From: Candidatus Moraniibacteriota bacterium
Lineage (GTDB): Bacteria; Patescibacteriota; Minisyncoccia; Moranbacterales; UBA1568
Assembly: GCA_028711705.1 (NCBI GenBank)
Contig: JAQTRS010000003.1
Span: 109,966 to 173,965 of the forward strand
Direction: 5' to 3'
Length of the DNA stretch: 64,000 nt
Under the pieces are notes generated by a model. That model ran no database searches. It worked only from the letters and a program-made list of their open reading frames with translations, and was not told where the DNA came from. Position numbers and translations under genes: made by a program. This document shows positions 36,439-45,100 of the stretch, piece by piece; position 1 is the first letter of the stretch, and every line of letters begins with the position of its first letter.

Positions 36439-37497
36439 ATGTACCGTGAGATATCCTTAGGAAATGGCATGCGCAAAATCTCTTTCAGCAGCATAGTTGT
36501 TTTCGTTTTGGTTTTGATTCTACCGATACTTTTTTCCGAAGAAGCTCATGCTGCCGGTTTGCAGCAGGCCTATGTCCGCCTCGATCGTTTGGCGGATGGT
36601 GCTACGACCGGGGGGATGGTGTGCGCCAAGTCCGCTACCGCTTCGGTAGAAACGACCGTCAAAGTTACGTTCCCGTCCGGTTTCGCCACGGTGGATACTC
36701 CGGCCAATTGGACGGTGACTACGACTAATATCCCTGCGGATGCGACAGCGTGGATCGGTATCGGTACCGCTTCGGCGGCTTCTGGTCAGGATGTCACGTT
36801 CCCGAGCGGCGATATGGTAGTGGGCACGCTGTATTGCTTCAACTTTACGGGGACAAGCACGCTGACAAACGCCTCTGCTGCGAATAATCTGGTAGGTACG
36901 ATCACGACGCAACTCGCCGGCCCGACTGCTATCGATAGTTCGAGTTATGCACTGTCTATCGTTACGAATGATCAAATCGTCGTATCTGCATCCGTACCTG
37001 CGACATTCTCTTTCGCTTTGAGTGGAAATACTGATACTATGGGTACGTTGTCCACTACGACCGCTTCTTCTACTGGTAAGACCGTGACCATCGGAACTAA
37101 CGCCGCAAGCGGATGGGTGGCCTGGGTTAAAAGCGCCAACGCCGCATTGAATTCTGCCTCGACCGGTGCAACTATCGCTACGGCCGGAACGGTGAATAAT
37201 GCTCCATCGGATCTGGCTGCGCTTACCGGGTATGTGTTGGACGTTGACGTCACGACCGATAGTGCCACTGGTACGGGTTCTGTAACTCAGGCTTCTGATT
37301 ACGGTGCGGAATATAATGGAACCAATACGACTTCCGGAGGTACGCTTTCGACAACCTTCCAGCCGATCGCCGCTTCGAGCGGAACGACCGATGGGGATGT
37401 GCTGACCCTCATAGAACGTGCGAAGATCAGCGCTGTCCAGGGCGCTGCCACCGACTATACGGATACCTTGACCGTGGTGGCTGCCGGACGCTTTTAG
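36439..37497 (+). CDS. Secreted Thr/Ala-rich two-domain protein with WxL/pilin-like C-terminus
   Basis: Signal peptide ending AHA, DQIVVSASVPATFSF, TNAASGW, C-terminus TDYTDTLTVVAAGRF; followed by a strong terminator. Confidence 0.65.
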   Translation: MYREISLGNGMRKISFSSIVVFVLVLILPILFSEEAHAAGLQQAYVRLDRLADGATTGGMVCAKSATASVETTVKVTFPSGFATVDTPANWTVTTTNIPADATAWIGIGTASAASGQDVTFPSGDMVVGTLYCFNFTGTSTLTNASAANNLVGTITTQLAGPTAIDSSSYALSIVTNDQIVVSASVPATFSFALSGNTDTMGTLSTTTASSTGKTVTIGTNAASGWVAWVKSANAALNSASTGATIATAGTVNNAPSDLAALTGYVLDVDVTTDSATGTGSVTQASDYGAEYNGTNTTSGGTLSTTFQPIAASSGTTDGDVLTLIERAKISAVQGAATDYTDTLTVVAAGRF

Positions 37498-37516
37498 GCT
37501 CAAGATATGGTATATA

Positions 37517-37550
37517 TAAAAGGATTCCGGTTCCGTCGGAATCCTTTTTA
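37517..37550 (+). terminator. Intrinsic terminator
   Basis: AAAAGGATTCCG-loop-CGGAATCCTTTT. Confidence 0.8.
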
Positions 37551-37589
37551 CTTTGAGAGAATGTTCGGTTGTTGTATACTGGTGATATT

Positions 37590-38651
37590 ATGAATCATAT
37601 GCGCTTCCAGAATAACAAAGCACTCTTTTTAGGTCTTGTTTTTGTTTTCATCCTCATCCTTTTTCCGTTACCGTCCTCTGCTGCCGATGGCAGTCTTCAT
37701 CTCGTCACATCGCCGTTGCCTATCAACCTGGTCACGACACCAGGCTCTTCCGTCACGACCCCTATCAAGATCAAAAACGGAGGCACACAAACAGAACAGC
37801 TCAAGATTACCTTGATGAAATTCAAGGCCTATGAATCCAATGGGCAACCGCAATTGATGGATCCGGAACCGACGGACGATTTCCTTACATGGGCTTCTTT
37901 TTCAGAAGATACGTTCACTGCTGCTCCCGATGAATGGAAAACTATCACCGCAACCTTCAATGTCCCGCAGGATGCGGCATTCGGATACTATTATGCTATT
38001 GTTTTTTCGCGTGCTCATGATGAAATTCCGACCGATTCGAAACAGACGGCCGTTGTGGGAGGCACCGCCGTTTTAGTGCTCCTCGAGGCCCGTGTCGATG
38101 ATGCGAAACGCTCCGTCGAGGTGACTGAATTCAGCACGGACAAGCAGATCTATGAATTCCTCCCGGCAACATTTACTGTCAAGCTCAAAAATACCGGCAG
38201 CGTTCATGTCGCGCCAAGAGGCAATATCTTCATCAACAAAGGAGATGAACATGACGTCGCGCTGCTTGAGATCAATGCCAATAAGGGGAATATCTTGCCC
38301 AATTCGACGAGAGATTTTAAGGAACCCTGGAAGGATGCTTTTCCGGTGTATGTGGAAAAAAAGCAGGATGGGAAAGTGGTCCTGGATGAAGCCGGCAACC
38401 AGGTGATGGAGCTTGTATGGGACTTCGGACAGGCTTCCAAACTCAGGTGGGGAAAGTATACCGCCAAGATGCTCCTCATTTACGATGATGGTCACCGGGA
38501 TGTCCCGATCGAAGGAGAGGTCTCCTTTTGGGTGGTGCCGTGGAGGTTGATCGGTGTCGGATTGTTCATCCTTGTTTTCGTGTTGATCGGTTTGAAGAAT
38601 ACACTGCAGAATATGTGGAAAAACGTGCACGGCTGGTTTGAGAAAAAGTAG
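37590..38651 (+). CDS. DUF916/DUF3324-like (WxL-interacting, chaperone-like) protein with C-terminal TM
   Basis: SPLPINL..TPG......IKIKN, VPQDAAFGYYYAIVF, KNTGSVHVAPRGNI, GKYTAKM, FWVVPWR plus TM. Confidence 0.65.
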   Translation: MNHMRFQNNKALFLGLVFVFILILFPLPSSAADGSLHLVTSPLPINLVTTPGSSVTTPIKIKNGGTQTEQLKITLMKFKAYESNGQPQLMDPEPTDDFLTWASFSEDTFTAAPDEWKTITATFNVPQDAAFGYYYAIVFSRAHDEIPTDSKQTAVVGGTAVLVLLEARVDDAKRSVEVTEFSTDKQIYEFLPATFTVKLKNTGSVHVAPRGNIFINKGDEHDVALLEINANKGNILPNSTRDFKEPWKDAFPVYVEKKQDGKVVLDEAGNQVMELVWDFGQASKLRWGKYTAKMLLIYDDGHRDVPIEGEVSFWVVPWRLIGVGLFILVFVLIGLKNTLQNMWKNVHGWFEKK

Positions 38652-38678
38652 GGTATAACAGTTGTATACTCAAATAGA

Positions 38679-39653
38679 ATGATGCGAATACGAATAATGG
38701 CAGGGAGGATATTTTTTGTGGCAAGCACGCTGTCTTGCTTCTTTGCGAGCCCGTTTTCCGCATGGGCTGATGAGGATCAAAAGGGGATATCGGTGAGCCC
38801 GATGTTTCAGGAAATATCGCTGGGCGAAGGACAATCGAGTCAGACATTTTCTATCGAAGCGTTCAATACGACCGATACCCTGATCACGCTGCGGTTGTCG
38901 GTGCTTGATTTCGGATCATTGGACGAGTCTGGCGGCGTGGCTTTTTTGGGTGCCGAACAGAACTTCGAAAAGCAGTACAGTATCGCTTCCTGGATACGGC
39001 TCGATCGCGACGCTCTGGTGCTCGGACCGGGCGAATCGCAGTCTGTTCAGGTAACCTTTGAAAACCGGGACTCGCTTTCTCCTGGCGGGCATTATGGCGC
39101 CGTCGTATTCAAGGTGGAGAATAGCGGTTCAGATACGGTGGATGAGAATGGCAAATCCAAGATCGCTATCAGCCAATCGTTTTCATCGCTCGTCTTCGCG
39201 AAGAAAGTCGGAGGGGTGCTCTATGATCTCAATATGCGCAGCGTTGAGAGAGAGACGAACTGGTTTCATCTGCCAGCAAGTATCACGACGCGCTTCCAGA
39301 ACAAGGGCAATGTGCACGTGGTACCACGAGGAACAATCGTTGTGACGGATCCTTTGGGAAAGGTTGTACAGAAGGGGGTTATCAATCCGGAGTCGGCCAT
39401 CATTTTGCCCGAAACATTCCGTTCGTACGTGACGCGACCGGTACTTTTAGGAGCCGCCCTTGTTCCGGGATACTATACGCTCACGACACAGTACCGCTAT
39501 GACGGGCGAGATGATGTCATTACGCATAGCTTTCGTTTTACGTATGTGCCGTTTTTTGAAATAGTCCCGATGATCGTGCTGCTCGGAGGTTTCGTGTGGT
39601 GGCGAAAGAAGAAAGTGGGCGCTGAAAAATCGAAAGTGAACCGTAGCGCATAG
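38679..39653 (+). CDS. Second DUF916/DUF3324-like protein with C-terminal TM
   Basis: ISVSPMFQE, SIASWI, LSPGGHYGAVVF, FQNKGNVHVVPRGTI, PGYYTL, TM followed by WRKKK. Confidence 0.65.
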   Translation: MMRIRIMAGRIFFVASTLSCFFASPFSAWADEDQKGISVSPMFQEISLGEGQSSQTFSIEAFNTTDTLITLRLSVLDFGSLDESGGVAFLGAEQNFEKQYSIASWIRLDRDALVLGPGESQSVQVTFENRDSLSPGGHYGAVVFKVENSGSDTVDENGKSKIAISQSFSSLVFAKKVGGVLYDLNMRSVERETNWFHLPASITTRFQNKGNVHVVPRGTIVVTDPLGKVVQKGVINPESAIILPETFRSYVTRPVLLGAALVPGYYTLTTQYRYDGRDDVITHSFRFTYVPFFEIVPMIVLLGGFVWWRKKKVGAEKSKVNRSA

Positions 39654-39656
39654 CCT

Positions 39657-40286
39657 ATGAATGAAGAAGATATTCCTGAAGCAAAGCCGAAAAATATGGT
39701 GAAAAAGTTAGTATTCCTTTTGATGTGCGCGGCCATGTTTGCCGGCGTATGGATGGTGACGCGGATGCAACAACCTTCTCAGGGAGTCATCAGGAAGAGT
39801 CCGACACAAGTGAGTAGCGTGACAGCTCCGCCTCAGGAGAAGATCCGCCTCGAGGGAGAGTATCTTTCATTCGCGCATCTTTCTTCGTATACGCCGGTGG
39901 CGAAGCTTGAAGAATCAGAAGCGAAAGACGGAGAAGTTTCTGTCAAAAAACCGGGAGCATTCTTGCAATCCGATTTCCTTATCGCTTATACGGCCGCATC
40001 GTCCAAAAAAATAGCCGTTTCCGTAGAGTCCTTGCCGAGCAGCAATCTTGAGGATAATGCTTCGTTCAAATTTCGTATTTCGAGCCCAAAACTGTATACT
40101 CAAAGTATGGCTGATATCGGCAAAGAAAAAGTGATTCTCTTTGTGCGGGATGGGGATACGCGCGAGCAGTCGGTGTTTCTGAGACATAATGCTTTGGTGG
40201 TGCCGGTCGTTCTTTCCTCATCAAATACGAGTTTGGAATCTATGCGAGAGGAACTTCTGGCGATTGCCAACAGTGTCGAATGGTAA
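39657..40286 (+). CDS. Hypothetical single-TM protein
   Basis: 209-aa ORF tightly coupled to neighbours; one N-terminal TM. Confidence 0.6.
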   Translation: MNEEDIPEAKPKNMVKKLVFLLMCAAMFAGVWMVTRMQQPSQGVIRKSPTQVSSVTAPPQEKIRLEGEYLSFAHLSSYTPVAKLEESEAKDGEVSVKKPGAFLQSDFLIAYTAASSKKIAVSVESLPSSNLEDNASFKFRISSPKLYTQSMADIGKEKVILFVRDGDTREQSVFLRHNALVVPVVLSSSNTSLESMREELLAIANSVEW

Positions 40287-40314
40287 TAGAGGCATTAAGT
40301 CAGTGTGCGAACGT

Positions 40315-41790
40315 ATGAAAAATAAAAAACAATTACAAAGAGCGAGGAAGTGGATGCGTCTGCACGTCGTTTTGACAGCGATCGCATTCGGGGTGTATTT
40401 TTTGGCGGCTTTTTTGTACAGTCCCCATTTTTTTCTCGTTGATCTGAAGGATAAAATATATGCCTTGGCGGATACAATCGGTGTGACCGCACGGGTTTTG
40501 GATGCGCCGGTTAAGCCGGTTGTGAGCGTTACGACGACATGCGATACCATTAAGGGAGAACTCTCCGTTACGGCAGATTGGGCGGATGATGAGAATTCAT
40601 ATACGTATGATATGTTTCGCGGTGGGAGTTTGCTTATGACCAACCTTACAAACTCATCATACAAGGATACCAATGTCACTGTTGGGACGAATTATGAGTA
40701 TTTCGTGGTAGCGAATGGGCCGATGGGTCCGGGAACGGCCACGTCCGATACCGTATCCATCACGACGCCTGCGGAGTGTATAAGGGTATTACCGAGTCCT
40801 TTGGTAGCGGCGACATCTATCGGTACTATGGATATCGCCGGACAATCCGGTGGGGCGCAGACGCTTGATCAGACCCCGTTGTTCTCCGGTACGACCAATA
40901 TTCCATTTGCTATTATCGATATCGTGGTTCATAGTAATGAAACTGTAGTGTTGCAGACAATCGCAAATGCTAATGGGTATTGGGAAATAGAGTCCCCTGT
41001 ACAGCTATCTTTCGGAGAACATACGATATATATCACTGCGACCGATCCTTCCGATAGTACGCGCACAGCAACGTATAATATCGTATTTTATGTGAATCAG
41101 GTGACAGCAGTGTCTGATAGCGATAGCGGGAATACGAGTAGTCATAGGAAGGCATCGCGATCACGGACGGTTTCGACCGCGTCTTCTTTATCTACGAAAC
41201 AATCATCGATACATACGATACCGACTTCGCCGGTCACGCCAGTTCTCATTCCTTTCGATTTCATTCTGCGTACTGAGGGCGACAATAGAACTTTTTTTCA
41301 GGGAAAAACGATCAGTGCGGAAGTAGCCATTACTCGGGTTGATGCGAATAATGCTTCTGCAGGAGGAACGATTCGTTATGCGCTTACGGATGGGGATGGC
41401 AATGCGGTCATATCTGTCGAAAAATCGATAGAAGGCTTGAGGGCAGGCAAAGTGATACGGGAAAGCATTCCGCTTCCTGCTGACTTGAAACAGGGTGAGT
41501 ATGTGTTGCTTGTTGAGTTTTCGAGTGGGAAATTCACTATCGTGAGGACGATGGATATTTCCGTTATGGAGCTGCCTTTGTCTGATCTTGGTGGCGGAGT
41601 TGTCATTACGTATCCGCAATTCGTGCGCAACATCGGATGGATCGCCTTCCTTTCACTCACATTATTGCTAGGATGGTTTTTGCTTTGGATCCGCGAATAT
41701 TGGTTGTACGCGCATGCAGCGCAGCATGTTGCTGAGAGGAATTTGGCTGGAAAAGGCCTTATAACGAAGAGAAAGGGGGTGTCTTCATAA
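40315..41790 (+). CDS. Membrane-anchored FN3/bacterial Ig-like domain protein
   Basis: SYKDTNVTVGTNYEYFVVA (FN3), TPLFSGTT...ANANGYW...LSFGEHTIYITATD (Ig-like); TM helices at both ends. Confidence 0.7.
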   Translation: MKNKKQLQRARKWMRLHVVLTAIAFGVYFLAAFLYSPHFFLVDLKDKIYALADTIGVTARVLDAPVKPVVSVTTTCDTIKGELSVTADWADDENSYTYDMFRGGSLLMTNLTNSSYKDTNVTVGTNYEYFVVANGPMGPGTATSDTVSITTPAECIRVLPSPLVAATSIGTMDIAGQSGGAQTLDQTPLFSGTTNIPFAIIDIVVHSNETVVLQTIANANGYWEIESPVQLSFGEHTIYITATDPSDSTRTATYNIVFYVNQVTAVSDSDSGNTSSHRKASRSRTVSTASSLSTKQSSIHTIPTSPVTPVLIPFDFILRTEGDNRTFFQGKTISAEVAITRVDANNASAGGTIRYALTDGDGNAVISVEKSIEGLRAGKVIRESIPLPADLKQGEYVLLVEFSSGKFTIVRTMDISVMELPLSDLGGGVVITYPQFVRNIGWIAFLSLTLLLGWFLLWIREYWLYAHAAQHVAERNLAGKGLITKRKGVSS

Positions 41791-41791
41791 T

Positions 41792-42109
41792 ATGGAAACT
41801 TTTTTAGTGGTAGCCGAGGCGATGACGATATTGGCGGCGATGATGTCGATAGTGTATACGGTTGGTATCGTATGGCGGGTGGAAAAAGAACTTGATGTGT
41901 CATATAAATTTTTCGCATTCGCTATCGTGTTTTTTTTGATTGCCGAACTTCTGAACGTGTATTATGTTGGACATGGTGTAAGCTTTGCTGTGGCTGAAAA
42001 ATTGAGCAAGGTCGTGTTTTCTGCATTGTTTTTGGTCGGGACCCTCTATATGCGCGATATTATCCGAAAACTCGACGGTGAAAAGCGGAAACAAAAGGGT
42101 AGGAAATAG
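41792..42109 (+). CDS. Small 3-TM membrane protein
   Basis: 105 aa, three hydrophobic helices, basic C-terminal tail. Confidence 0.65.
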   Translation: METFLVVAEAMTILAAMMSIVYTVGIVWRVEKELDVSYKFFAFAIVFFLIAELLNVYYVGHGVSFAVAEKLSKVVFSALFLVGTLYMRDIIRKLDGEKRKQKGRK

Positions 42110-42129
42110 CCACAAAAAGTACGTGTATC

Positions 42130-42157
42130 AAAAATCCGGCAATCGACCGGATTTTTT
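42130..42157 (+). terminator. Intrinsic terminator
   Basis: AAAAATCCGG-loop-CCGGATTTTTT. Confidence 0.75.
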
Positions 42158-42195
42158 CATTTTTTATTTGTTGCGCCGATGTATTTTATGGTATT

Positions 42196-45100
42196 ATGAA
42201 GGAGGAAAATCATACAAAAATGAAGAACACATATCGATTCCGGTTTCTGGCATTTCTCGCTATCTTTTTAGTGGTTGGTTTTTTTGTTTCTACTCAGGAG
42301 TATTCGTTTGCGGCGACCGGTACGAACAAGAAAATAAATTTTCAAGGAAAGGTGGTCAATAGCAACGGAACTAATGTTGCTAACGGATCATACGGCTTTA
42401 TTTTCAGCATTTATACCGTTTCAAGCGGTGGCGCGAATGTGTGGACGGAAAGCAAATCCCTGACCGTGACCGACGGTATTTTCCAGACTGACTTAGGGGA
42501 TGTTACTACGCTTCCAGGATCTATCGACTTCAATACGGACAACATTTACCTTGGTATCAATTTCAACGGTGATGGCGAGATGTCGCCACGTGTGCAATTC
42601 GATGCCGTTCCTCAGGCATTCAACGCTCAGAAAGTAGCAGGACTTACAGTAACCGACACGACGGGCACACTGACGATTCCGAATGGTAAAACCATTTCTT
42701 TCGCGGATACTTTTTCAACTTCCGGTGCTTTCGCAACGACGCTTACTGCAACCGGAACAACCACTGTGACGCTTCCGACCACCGGGACACTTGCGACGTT
42801 ATCAGGCAGTGAGATTTTGAACAACAAAACCATCGGAAGCGCAGGCCTTATTTTTTCGGGAGCGGCTACGGATATCACGACTACTTCTGGAGAATCATTG
42901 GTGATTGTTGCGGCCGGTGCAGGAACGGTAGATATTCAGGACGCCACTACCGTTGACTCGCTTACCGCGGATACGGGGGGTATTTCTATTGCCGCCGGTC
43001 AATCGTATACGGGTTCGGGCGCGGTGACGCTTTCATCAGGAGGTGCTGCCGGTCTGACGATCGATTCTGCATCAGATGTGCTTACAGTGGCCACGGGAGA
43101 CTATCTTGCACTGAGTCATTCCGGCGTTGCGAGCGCCGCGGCAGGATATATCTGGTATGATTCGGGGGATAATAAATTCAAGATCAACGAAAACGGTACG
43201 ACCAAGACGTTATGTAATCTTACAGACGGTGGCTGCGGATCGGGTGGCGCGAGCGATCTGCAGACAACGTATGGTAATGATGCTGATGGATCGAATGCTA
43301 CGATTTCACTGACGGCTGCCGATGATGGTTTGGTCTTCACTAATCCGACCTCCGGTGGTACGGATGCGAGCTCTTTCCTTGCTTATTTCAACCAGCAGAA
43401 TACGACGGCCGCTGTATCGGCAGTCGATATTACTCAGGCTTCCAATGCTTCCAATGCGGTCAATATTACAGCCAATGCTATCGATGGCGAGATAGGACTT
43501 GATATCACGGCTAACGGTCTGACGTCGGGTAAGGGTATAGATGTCTCGTCATCATCGACTGCATTTACAGGCAATCTTTCCAATATATCTTTGACAGGAT
43601 CCAGTGCTGCTAATACCGGTAATGTGCTTGCGGTGTCAAATACTGGTACGGCGAATGCTAACACCTCGTTTTTTATCAATCATCAGGCAACTGGAACTGG
43701 CAATCTCGCTATGCGCGTGGATGATCAATCAAGTGATGCGACGCCGTTCGTTATCGATGGCAATGGCAATGTCGGCATCCAAACGAGTGCGCCTACAGAT
43801 GCTCTTCAGGTGGGAAGTGCGACGAATCGTGCCAATATGACAGCTTATGGTGATATTACGGCGGAAGGATATGATGTCCAACGCAGTCTGGCCGGCATCA
43901 TTGATATCTTTGTGTATGATACGACGCGTGATGCGGATGGCGGGGAATGGCGCAACTCGATCATTTCACAGCAGATGTCTTGGGCGACGGAAACCAAAGA
44001 TGATGGTATCGGCGATGCTTGCGATATCGCAGCTGATGATCGCTGCGGCAAGTCGATTTTTCCTCGTAAGGCGATTATAGCTACTACAGCGAGCGGCCTG
44101 TATATTTTTGATGGTGCGGACAATTCGCTATGGATGAAGTTTACCCAAGCAGGTACGTATGCTTTGGGTGCAGATACGAATAATAACCCGACAGGAGTGG
44201 GTGCGCAGAATGGTGTCATAGTAGTCGGAACCAATGGCACATCGGCTACCGGTATGTACGCTTTCGATTTTAAGCAGGATGCGATGTATCGTTATGATGC
44301 AACGAATCGCGTGCAGGGTGATAAAAATATCGGCAATCGAAATTCGACGGTGTCCTACGCGACCAATGCGAATACAAATTTTGCTCTTGTGAACTCGGTT
44401 GTTAATGATGTTTCGATCGCACTCATCACTTCATCGACTGAAGGTATGATCAACACGTTGACGCTACCATTAGATAGCGCAACAAGTCCGATGCGAGGCG
44501 TGACGCTTATTGCTGCAGCGACGGATACGGGGGTTTCCGTCGTCAATACTGCCAATCAAAGAGTGTTTAGTTATTCGGAAACGACAAACGATGACTATAA
44601 TCAGGTTGTCATCACAAGCCGTGGAAGGATGTATGCGACCAATGAGACCCAGCAGCAATTAGAAGAATGGAGAAATATCGATAGGGATGTGGCATCGGAA
44701 CTCAACGGAAACCCGGATCGATTCTATGATCAGACTGTCGGACGATCACCTATTACAACAGGAACGGCACCGACTATTTCCACTTCGCCCGGAACCCTTG
44801 CCGTTATCGAACGAAACTCAGCTGCTCGCGAATCAGCTGCTACAACCCTTCTTGAGACTGGTGATATCGTTTTTGTCGGTACGGATCAGGGTTTGGCCGA
44901 AGTGCATACTTCGGGAGGAAGCCTTGTTGGCGCCGCATGGTCCAAAATAACAACTTCGACGGTAGCGACTCCGTATATGGTCGGCGCTGCACGCTCAGTC
45001 TATCTTTTTGAGGAGGCTGCCGGTTCGACGGTCGCAGCAAGTTCTATCGGTGCGGCCGGTACGACCAATAACCCACTTAGATCAGCAGTGACAGGAACTG

